From the NCBI GenBank assembly GCA_013115125.1, contig JABANN010000001.1:62001-126000 (forward strand): a stretch of 64,000 nt of DNA, in the 5' to 3' direction. The DNA comes from Perkinsus olseni. Taxonomy: Eukaryota. The position numbers and the translations under genes were made by a program. Positions 39,901 through 47,852 of this stretch are shown one piece after another. How positions within the stretch are numbered: position 1 is the stretch's first letter; each line of letters opens with the position of its first letter. Below the pieces are notes generated by a model. The model searched no databases. It saw only the letters and a program-made list of their open reading frames with translations, and was not told the origin of the DNA.

Positions 39901-40478
39901 AGTCGCTGGTCCGTACCTATGTCTCGGGTGCCCAGCACATCATGGCCATCTCTGTCTTCCCTGGAAGCGGCGGCCACTTGACCATCGTCAGTCAGGATCG
40001 AAGGCTCTGCTGGTTTGATAACGAGCTCGGAAATAAGCCCTGGAAGACCTGGAGGTGCGCCGCCTACACTCTAAGGCTCAGATTCATGTCCCTTGGGAGA
40101 AGACTTGCCTTGTAGGTATCACAAGCGAGTGGTCCGTGGCGTGGAGTTCCATCCGTTGGCTTCGGGAAGGCTGCCTCTCATGGCCACCTGCTCAGATGAC
40201 GGCAGCGCTCATATCTTCCATACCAAGGTGTAGGTCCACTGACGTCGGCAGTCCTCAATCCATCCGATCAGAGTTGTGTGGAATTGCGCTCATTGTCCCA
40301 CTTATTGTGTCACTGCTGCCCCTCAAGGTACAATGACGCTATGTCGAATCCCCTGGTAGTTCCGGTTAAGAAGTTGCGTCCTAAGGACGGTGGTCGTATC
40401 TTATCCTGCTCGTGGCACCCTCATCAACCTTGGGTGCTCCTTACGATGGGAGACGGCCGTGTTCAGATGTGGGTGTGA
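36999..40478 (+). CDS. BOP1: Ribosome biogenesis protein BOP1/Erb1 (PeBoW complex, WD40), multi-exon
   Basis: [12 protein letters not shown]...[17 protein letters not shown]...[40 protein letters not shown]...[21 protein letters not shown] repeats, [17 protein letters not shown]. Confidence 0.95.
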
Positions 40479-40758
40479 GATGATCCACTTCTACCACAAG
40501 GACGTCCATCAACTGTCCGAACGTTTCTCTACCAACATTACACGTCATCATCAACATCATCATCAGCACACCGGAAGGTTTGTGTTCATCTAAGAGGCAC
40601 ACATTTTGTGATGCGGCCTTCTGTGCATGCCCGTCGCTCTTGCGCGCTAGCACTGGCCTTAGCTAAGGTTCAGAGGGATCGGGGGGCTTGTGTGCTGGGG
40701 ACAGGATCATGCTCGTTGTTGGTGAAGTTATTGTTTCTCCTCTCTTTTTCTACTACTA

Positions 40759-41451
40759 ATGCAGTTCTTCAAAGTCCTTGCTGTTAGTGCAGCGTATCTG
40801 GTTGCCCTTTCTGGGGCTCAGGCCGACAACAACGGTACCGTTGTAACGGCCGCATCTGATCTCTCGTCGCCCACGACCTCTAGCGACAACGGCACTACGT
40901 CGTCCTCTAGTCCTGATGTGACTACTAGCCCGTCTCAGAGTTCTCCTACTGGTCCTACGTCCTTGCCTTCTAATAGCACTACTGGTAACAGTAACAATGG
41001 TACTCAAACTGGTACCACGCCCATTCCTGCTGGCGAAGTTCCTGCATGCCCGACTGGTTGGTGTCTCGATTACCAGTTCAATCCTGGTAACAATACGTGT
41101 ATCACGCCCGACCCTGTGAAGTTGATGGACTGTTGGGAGGACTACTGTTCTCAAGCTGAACCCGGTGGATATTGCCTCGTCTGGGAGCCCGATAGCGGTC
41201 GTGTGTGCCACGGTGGTCTGAAGAAGTGCTACTGCTCGGATTATCAGAGGCAGACGATGAAACATTACTACCCCGATCAGATGCCTGATGGCTGGTCCGC
41301 CGCCAAGCAGTGTGTGTATCAAGGAGCTACTGGCACTACTGCGCCTCCCGCTCCGCCCCCGGTTGCTCCTGCCTCAAATGGCGTTAGAGCCGCAATTTCG
41401 GTTGCCGGAGGTGCTGCGGTCGGTGCTCTCGTTATCGGTAACGTTTTCTGA
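40759..41451 (+). CDS. Secreted Ser/Thr-rich, 10-Cys-domain, putative GPI-anchored surface protein (paralog 1)
   Basis: Signal peptide, mucin-like S/T stalk with N-x-S/T sites, Cys-rich domain, Pro linker, hydrophobic C-terminus; intronless. Confidence 0.85.
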   Translation: MQFFKVLAVSAAYLVALSGAQADNNGTVVTAASDLSSPTTSSDNGTTSSSSPDVTTSPSQSSPTGPTSLPSNSTTGNSNNGTQTGTTPIPAGEVPACPTGWCLDYQFNPGNNTCITPDPVKLMDCWEDYCSQAEPGGYCLVWEPDSGRVCHGGLKKCYCSDYQRQTMKHYYPDQMPDGWSAAKQCVYQGATGTTAPPAPPPVAPASNGVRAAISVAGGAAVGALVIGNVF

Positions 41452-42365
41452 AGTATTGGTTCCTCTTCTTCGTCCTCTACTTCTACTATCAAGTGATGAC
41501 AGCAGTATGTGTCTCTGTGATTCTAGTTGCTAAATACACCAGTGACTCAACACTACTCCGTCCCCCCTCTGTGAATGTGTAAAGTTATGAGCACTATCAT
41601 CTTCCTCATCATCATCATCATCGCCTCTTCGACGAGCTCACAAGCATCTTGTTGAAGGAACGCTTAACAGGGTATCCAGTATCCTTTGAGTTGTTTAGTT
41701 CGCCCAAGTCCGGCTACGGTTGGTCAGTGTGGACGATGATGGTGATTGACTAGGTTTTGCTCTTGCAGTTCACCACGAGAAGGAGTTGCTGCTCATGTTT
41801 TTTGTGTGATACAAAAAGTATTGATATTTGTACATCCGTCAGGTTACTACTGAACTATTGCTAATTCTTAGCTGTGGAAACACACTCTTCCTGTGTCTGA
41901 GCTAGGTTCATGACAGCAGTCAGTTCGGTGTTAAGATAGTTTCGTAAATTCTAAAGTTGTTGCTGGGGGAATTTCGGTGACGAAGTCTTCGGTCAGTGTG
42001 ACGAAATGGTGAAAAGAGGTTCAAGCGAGTGGTATAAAGTGTGTGGCAGAAGTTCAAAGGGTTCTGAAAGCGTCGGGCATAAAAAAGTCAGTGATGGTTG
42101 TCGTCATGATCGCGAATGGTGACACTCGCATACCCAACTGATATCTGCACTGTTCGCAGTGTTTATCCTTGCCTGCGTAGCGCTGTTCGAAATATTAGTG
42201 CAGATGATAGCCGGACGGCTCCATATGTCACAAGCAGGAGTGCTGTGGGGCCATCATTGTGCAACGCTATGTCCCCTCCCGTGAGGGCGGGGCTGCCACC
42301 TACACCGATACGCAGGAGCTCAGAGCTTACCTATTCACCCACTCCTGTGTGCCTGTGCTTGTCTC

Positions 42366-43052
42366 ATGAAGAGCGTTGGAGTCTTACTGATCTATACTTG
42401 GTGCGCGGCTTTTGGTGCTGCGGGTAGCTCATCGTCGTCGAGCACCATCACTGGCTCGGCTCTGGTGACGAGTCAGTTTCCTGGTTCGGCATCTACCACG
42501 TTATCCCCTCCTTCAACGACGCCTTCCTCGTCGGGGAATGTCACAATCACGTCTACAGCTTCGGTCAATACCGTAACAACCGCTACCTCCACAACGGCCA
42601 CTGCGACGACACCGAGCACAACGCCATCTGTGTTCGTGTGTCCCAAGACCTATTGCCGTGACACGCAATTCAACCCTCCGAGTACCACGACCTGTATATA
42701 CCCTGACCCCATCGTGTTGATGGACTGTTGGGAGAAGTACTGCGACAAGATCCAAGTGGGGTCGTATTGTCTCGTGTGGGAACCACCATCCGGTCGCATG
42801 TGCCACGGAACTAACAAACCGTGCTACTGCTCCGATTATGAGGCTGTACAAGGCCGGTATGTGGCACCATCATCCGTTCCTGTTGGTTGGGAGGTGGCAA
42901 CTGAGTGTAACTACAATGGGTCTCCTGATGACTACCCTAATCAGCGGCCTGGCGACAACACGCAGCCTACTCCTCCCGCCATAAGTGGGGCGTCTGGTCT
43001 AGTTACAGGTGCCGCTGTGGCTGGAGCTATCCTTTTTGCCGAGGTCCTCTGA
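42366..43052 (+). CDS. Secreted Ser/Thr-rich, 10-Cys-domain, putative GPI-anchored surface protein (paralog 2)
   Basis: Same architecture; all 10 Cys and QFNP, PDPxxLMDCWExYC, YCLVWEPxSGRxCHG are conserved. Confidence 0.85.
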   Translation: MKSVGVLLIYTWCAAFGAAGSSSSSSTITGSALVTSQFPGSASTTLSPPSTTPSSSGNVTITSTASVNTVTTATSTTATATTPSTTPSVFVCPKTYCRDTQFNPPSTTTCIYPDPIVLMDCWEKYCDKIQVGSYCLVWEPPSGRMCHGTNKPCYCSDYEAVQGRYVAPSSVPVGWEVATECNYNGSPDDYPNQRPGDNTQPTPPAISGASGLVTGAAVAGAILFAEVL

Positions 43053-43838
43053 GCGTTTGTAAGCGAAGGACTCGTCTGGTGTGGCTCGCGTGATGGGTAC
43101 CTGAGGTCAATACTATGTACCTCTGGCCTGGTCGGCCGATACTGATGCACGTCATCTGTATGTACCAACTCAATTTAGGACAAGTGTCCTAGCCTTTATA
43201 TGATAGTTGGGAGTGGCCGTAATTTGCGACGGTAACCGACATTGTACTGTCGTAAAATTAAGCCTTCGAGCTGTGATTGACGGATTTGCGTCTGTTGCTT
43301 TACCTCCCACGGAAGTGCTTTCACGCTTCCGACCAGATTGTGGATGTTTCCTTGGTCTCAGCTTGACATATCGTTCTGTAGTGTTGTCAAGTGGTCGACA
43401 GGGGAGGAACCGGCGTATCGCGGCATAAGGGAGAAAAAAGAGTCGCGCGGCAAACCTCGTAGTTCTCGAAGTACATTATTGACTCGCCTTGCGAATATGG
43501 TGGTTAGTCGATCCTAGGTGTTCGCACGCCCAGAGAGTACCGCTGTTCAATCAGAAGGTGTTCAAAAGACCACTTCTCAGATTTGATTATGGAACCGAAC
43601 CGCCTTTTACGCGTATGAAATCTGGATTCTAGAATCTGGAATATATCCTGGATTTATCTATCGAAGGTGAGAGATAGGTCGCACAGGCAGTCGCTGCCGA
43701 GTCCCCTACCAATCACATTGTGTGGGTGGTTTTGGACCCTTAGCGGGTTTGTGTCGCGGGACAACGCGGTGCTAGCTCTGGTGAGCCGTCAACCTACCGA
43801 CATCGTTTTCTATATAATTAGGCATCTCGCCCCCCGCG

Positions 43839-44462
43839 ATGAACACCTTTCTTTTGCACTTCGCCCTTCTCATTCTGGGAGTCGTTGGTAATGATACCAC
43901 AGGTTTCGGTACCACCACGACGCTTGCTACGCAGTCCCCGAATGGGTCCCCCACTACTGGTTACATGACCACTGCTTCAGATGTCAGCGGTGGTCCTGGA
44001 AATGCCACTTCGGTGGTCCCCACGACTGCTGCTAATACGACTACCGTAATGGCCTGTCCTACTGGTTTCTGTCATGATACACAGTTCAACCCGGGAAGCA
44101 ATACAACCTGCATCTACCCCGACCCGGTCAAGCTGATGGACTGTTGGGAAGACTACTGTTCTTCTGTGGAAGCCGGTGGTTACTGTCTTGTATGGGAGCC
44201 TCCGTCCGGTCGTGTATGCCACGGTGGGATGAAGAAGTGCTACTGTTCAGACTACAAGCAAGCTCAGGCCGAGTTCTATCCAGCTGATGCTATCCCTAGT
44301 GGTTGGGAGCAGGCACAAGAATGTGACTACTCTGGAGCCACTGGTGGGACTACTCAGACTCCTCCGCCACCGCCAAAGATATCTGGCGCGAAGGAAGCTA
44401 TGACCCTCGGGGCCTGCAGTGCCGCTGCTGTCGGTATCATTGCACTTAATGCAGCTATGTAA
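43839..44462 (+). CDS. Secreted Ser/Thr-rich, 10-Cys-domain, putative GPI-anchored surface protein (paralog 3)
   Basis: Same architecture and conserved Cys domain as paralogs 1 and 2. Confidence 0.85.
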   Translation: MNTFLLHFALLILGVVGNDTTGFGTTTTLATQSPNGSPTTGYMTTASDVSGGPGNATSVVPTTAANTTTVMACPTGFCHDTQFNPGSNTTCIYPDPVKLMDCWEDYCSSVEAGGYCLVWEPPSGRVCHGGMKKCYCSDYKQAQAEFYPADAIPSGWEQAQECDYSGATGGTTQTPPPPPKISGAKEAMTLGACSAAAVGIIALNAAM

Positions 44463-45370
44463 ATTAGATAAGATTTTCGTCACTATTTCCGTCGATTGTG
44501 GTAAAGTCCACAGTCTACGTTACCGTCTGTTCTTTCAATGTTCATTTAACGATTCTCGCTCTGTGAAGGCGTAGTTCGTTTACTCTAGTGAATTTGACTT
44601 ACTCTAACTCGAACAGTAGAGGGTTGAGTTTTTGGGTTCATGGTAATGGTAACTGCGGTTTTTTTCCCGCGCCTGCCTGCGTATTGTGGAAGGATGGGGA
44701 CTTAATTTCTACGTCTCGTTGATGATACATGAACTGAAGGCATGCATGTGATAACGCGTCATTCGTTGAATTCACTGATATGTCGCGCATGGCCAGACAC
44801 GACTACTAAGCCGACGAGAGCAGTAGATCCCAGCAGAACGTCAGGAATGTGCAAGTCAGCAGTGCCTTCTGGTATTACTCGCACGCAGCCCTCGACAATC
44901 TAGCATTCAAAACAAGCTAGTTAAGACAACCAAGCCGAAGGTGTAAGCGGATCCTGCCAGAAGAAAAGGAAGCTTCTCTGGTTGAATGTACCCCTGAAGA
45001 AAGTCTCTTGAAAGTCTCCCCGCCTGAGCACATCGGCATGAGCCTAGCTGAGCCGGAACAGCCGTTGGACTATAAACTCACACACACGAAGTCTACGAGG
45101 TCAACTCGGCAAGAGACTTGAGCGCGCAAAACGACAGGCGATCAACTCCCAGAAGACCCCGGCTGCTGTCTCCCAGTCGCACCGACTGAACATCTCAACC
45201 GCAAGCAGCTCCACACCCTCTCATGCTGCCCGATACTGCCTCGCAGAAAGCTAACCGCTGCAGCGGCTGGGCCGGGATCTCGCGCCGACTCGCGCTTATT
45301 GAAATCGATCACGCGATCGATTGTCCTCTCGTGGGCGTGAGGTGGCAGACAAACCAGCCGTCCATCCAGC

Positions 45371-45719
45371 ATGGTAATAAGGGTCATCGCTTGTAGGCCT
45401 CTCGCTGCCCTCTGTCATCGTACACGGGTGTAGCATTGGTATCATGCTAGTCCGTGGACCGACTTCCCGTGTGCGTATTTCCTAGTCGATTTCACCGTCG
45501 TCAATGTTTCAGGGTTCCATCAAGTCCTTCAAGACTAAGAGAACTTTGGGCAAGAAGATCAAGCAGAATCGCCCTCTGCCCCAGTGGTTCCGTATGAGGA
45601 CCAACAACACCATCAGGTATTACTCAACCCCCAGCGTTCCTTAGCAGTAATGACTATCGTCTCGTTGTAGGTACAACGCTAAGCGTCGTCACTGGAGGCG
45701 CACTAAGATCGGTATCTAA
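45371..45719 (+). CDS. RPL39: 60S ribosomal protein L39 (eL39), 3 exons
   Basis: ATG(45371-45373) | intron 45374-45512 | [35 protein letters not shown] | intron 45617-45670 | [15 protein letters not shown]. Absent from the ORF track because it is short and spliced. Confidence 0.96.
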
Positions 45720-45999
45720 GTATGGGTCCTTGGTAGTAGCAATACTACCGACTGGCTATCACCTCAAGTACGACTCCCCACTGGTGGGGCCTTGCTGATT
45801 ACTGCTGGACGCCGACTTCACAGTGTGTTGAGTTGAGTAGCCAATTAAGGGTATTTTACGCGTACTTACGCAGGTGGTTGACTTGTCGGATAGTCATATC
45901 ATCTAAGTAGTCCGCAACAGCAGCCATAGAGTCTTTACTCACCGGCTGCCTCTACTCGTGAGGTGGCCGGCCTTTCACGCTCACACATCTACCAGTGCT

Positions 46000-46186
46000 G
46001 CTGCCTGTGATNNNNNNNNNNNNNNNNNNNNNNNNNNNNNNNNNNNNNNNNNNNNNNNNNNNNNNNNNNNNNNNNNNNNNNNNNNNNNNNNNNNNNNNNN
46101 NNNNNNNTGATGACTAACTGTGAAGGTCTCGTTCGTCTGACAAAGACATGGAGAATCAATCACAACCACCCATAGCCTGAGGCAGC
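46000..46186 (+). ncRNA. Box C/D snoRNA 1 (two 18S rRNA guides), spans the assembly gap
   Basis: C box TGATGA 46108-46113, D' CTGA 46137-46140, D CTGA 46177-46180. Guides AAGGTCTCGTTCGT (antisense to 18S ACGAACGAGACCTT) and ACCACCCATAG (antisense to 18S CTATGGGTGGT). Terminal stem GCTGCC (46000-46005, before the gap) / GGCAGC (46181-46186). Confidence 0.88.
46012..46107. other. Assembly gap (N run)
   Basis: 96 N bases. Confidence 1.
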
Positions 46187-46205
46187 TCTTTTCTGAATGG
46201 CGACT

Positions 46206-46290
46206 GAGCCGAGGATGACTAACTGTGAAGGTCTCGTTCGTCTGACAAAGACATGGAGAATCAATCACAACCACCCATAGCCTGAGGCTC
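46206..46290 (+). ncRNA. Box C/D snoRNA 2 (tandem copy of snoRNA 1)
   Basis: Body identical to copy 1; C box variant AGGATGA; D CTGA 46282-46285; a different terminal stem GAGCC/GGCTC. Confidence 0.85.
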
Positions 46291-46299
46291 TCAACGATA

Positions 46300-46379
46300 A
46301 GGTTGATGATGAGCAAATGTTTATGGAATCTCGTTAACCTGAGTTCAAGTGAAGACCTAAATCAACTTGGCTGAAACTT
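46300..46379 (+). ncRNA. Box C/D snoRNA 3 (LSU rRNA guide)
   Basis: C ATGATGA 46306-46312, D' CTGA 46339-46342, C' GTGAAGA 46349-46355, D CTGA 46371-46374. Guide GGAATCTCGTTAA is antisense to conserved 25/28S TTAACGAGATTCC. Stem AGGTT/AACTT. Confidence 0.9.
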
Positions 46380-46388
46380 GTATGCAAA

Positions 46389-46467
46389 AAGGGATGATGA
46401 CACCATACCTCACTGGAGGCTCCACGGGAGTCGCTGAACAGTCTTACCAAGATCTGCACTGATCCTT
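46389..46467 (+). ncRNA. Box C/D snoRNA 4 (LSU rRNA guide)
   Basis: C ATGATGA 46394-46400, D CTGA 46459-46462. Guide ACCAAGATCTGCA is antisense to 25/28S TGCAGATCTTGGT. Stem AAGGG/TCCTT. Confidence 0.88.
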
Positions 46468-46483
46468 ACAATTGATTGATGTT

Positions 46484-46573
46484 TAGCATGATGTCACCGG
46501 TACGAATCTGGAGACGGCTGCTGCTGCAGTAGTCGCCGCTGAACAGTTCCACTACCAAGATCTGCACTGATTA
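46484..46573 (+). ncRNA. Box C/D snoRNA 5 (diverged paralog of snoRNA 4)
   Basis: C variant ATGATGT 46488-46494, D CTGA 46567-46570. Guide ACTACCAAGATCTGCA. Shares GCTGAACAGT with snoRNA 4 but has a different internal hairpin. Confidence 0.75.
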
Positions 46574-46718
46574 TTAACCCGGGAGCAGGAACGGCATGGC
46601 GAAACAATGGTCCTTTCTTATTACTATTGTCTGTTGCGTCTTTAGATTTTCAATTGGTTCGCTTGGGGGTGCAGCTAGTTGAGCGGTTGTGATCAGGTTG
46701 ACTACTGTCTGCTGCATG

Positions 46719-47669
46719 TCCATGCCACCGCGATATGGCACTGACTCGAATCCCTCGAGGGAGTCCAGAGCGACACTAGCCGCGGAAGTACGGGCTTTAC
46801 GGGAAGAGTTACGGCAGGTCAAGCGAGGCGCCCCACCCCCTCCTCCGCTACGACCGTTACGCGAGTCGGCTGAGCATCCACTCTCGAGTACGCCATGGTG
46901 GAGGCGATCGCGGGAAAGGCATGATTGCTCTGGGGAGAGGGACGACTCCTACTCGCCAGAGAGGGTCTCAGAGGGCCCCACCAAGGCTCGGGCAGAGGAG
47001 CCAGCAACGCCTGTCTTGGTTGCCACGCCCAAGTCCCTCAAGGGCGCAGCACCGAGCGAGAAGGCAGTCCCAGCCGCCAGTCCGGTGACGAGGCCGGGTA
47101 GCTTGCCTTCGACAACACTGCCCAAGCTGATGCCGTCTGAGTGGGGCGAGATGAGAAGCACGCGGCCGGTGTGGATGGCCGCTCCTCCTCCTGCTGCTGA
47201 TGCTACCCGATACCAGTCCCCGGATCGATCGAGGGGGACGGCGGTATTAGAAGGAAGGCTGATGGAGCTGGACGAAGGTGCTGCGGCTGGCGGGCTCATA
47301 ATAACGGTTCTGATCTGCTTGTTCGCCCCTTTCAGAGGTCCGAGCGCTACGGCTGGAGAACGCATCACTCCGGGCGGAGTTGGAGATACTTCGTCGAACC
47401 TCTCCTGCTCGGGGTCGATCGGGAGGAGGCTGCCCTCCGGAGCATCATCCTCGGCCACTCTCTCGAGGCAGGAGCGCCTCTCGGACCCGAAGGCACCAGT
47501 GTGTCTCTCCACGGCTGAGGTAGGGGTGCCTGCCCGCCCGATCCCGACCTCCGATACTGGTAGGTCCCGCACACCCCCACCGCCTGAGGGACATACGCAA
47601 ACGTCTTGGCAGCGCTTCCAGTGTGCCCAACGAGCGAAGGCTAAACGGCGGAGCGCTACTCGTTTATAG
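46719..47669 (+). CDS. Hypothetical Pro/Ser/Arg-rich protein
   Basis: 326-aa ORF (46689..47669), low complexity, short N-terminal coiled coil (LAAEVRALREELRQV); may contain a small intron. Confidence 0.5.
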   Translation, partial: SMPPRYGTDSNPSRESRATLAAEVRALREELRQVKRGAPPPPPLRPLRESAEHPLSSTPWWRRSRERHDCSGERDDSYSPERVSEGPTKARAEEPATPVLVATPKSLKGAAPSEKAVPAASPVTRPGSLPSTTLPKLMPSEWGEMRSTRPVWMAAPPPAADATRYQSPDRSRGTAVLEGRLMELDEGAAAGGLIITVLICLFAPFRGPSATAGERITPGGVGDTSSNLSCSGSIGRRLPSGASSSATLSRQERLSDPKAPVCLSTAEVGVPARPIPTSDTGRSRTPPPPEGHTQTSWQRFQCAQRAKAKRRSATRL

Positions 47670-47852
47670 GGCCATCGTGGCCACTACCCACACCGGTACT
47701 ACGGCTGCTTTGGCTATTATCATTTTTCACTGCATGTTGCCGCGAGAGAATAACTTTCTTGTGCGGATAAGAGCCATCCTTGCGTTGAGGGGGAGTCCCA
47801 TCGTCAAACTCGGCGTGACCGAAATTGAAGTTGTTACTCAGGCCTAGAGAAG

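Noticed and set aside
44800-45260. GAAAGTCTCCCC resembling an RNase MRP/P CR-I motif, or a small minus-strand gene
   Set aside because: No matching CR-V/P4 partner found; a spliced ORF is possible but I could not support a product.
46108-46290. Direct repeats considered as a CRISPR array
   Set aside because: Only two 70-nt units in a eukaryotic context, no cas genes, and fully explained by snoRNA duplication.
45981-46316. Minus-strand ORF with a duplicated peptide (LRLWVVVIDSPCLCQTNETFTVSH)
   Set aside because: It is the antisense reading of the tandem snoRNA copies and runs through the N gap.
3271-46573. Apparent functional clustering of ribosome-biogenesis genes (MPP10, BOP1, RPL39, snoRNAs)
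   Set aside because: They are spread over more than 40 kb with unrelated genes in between; compatible with chance apart from the RPL39-snoRNA adjacency.
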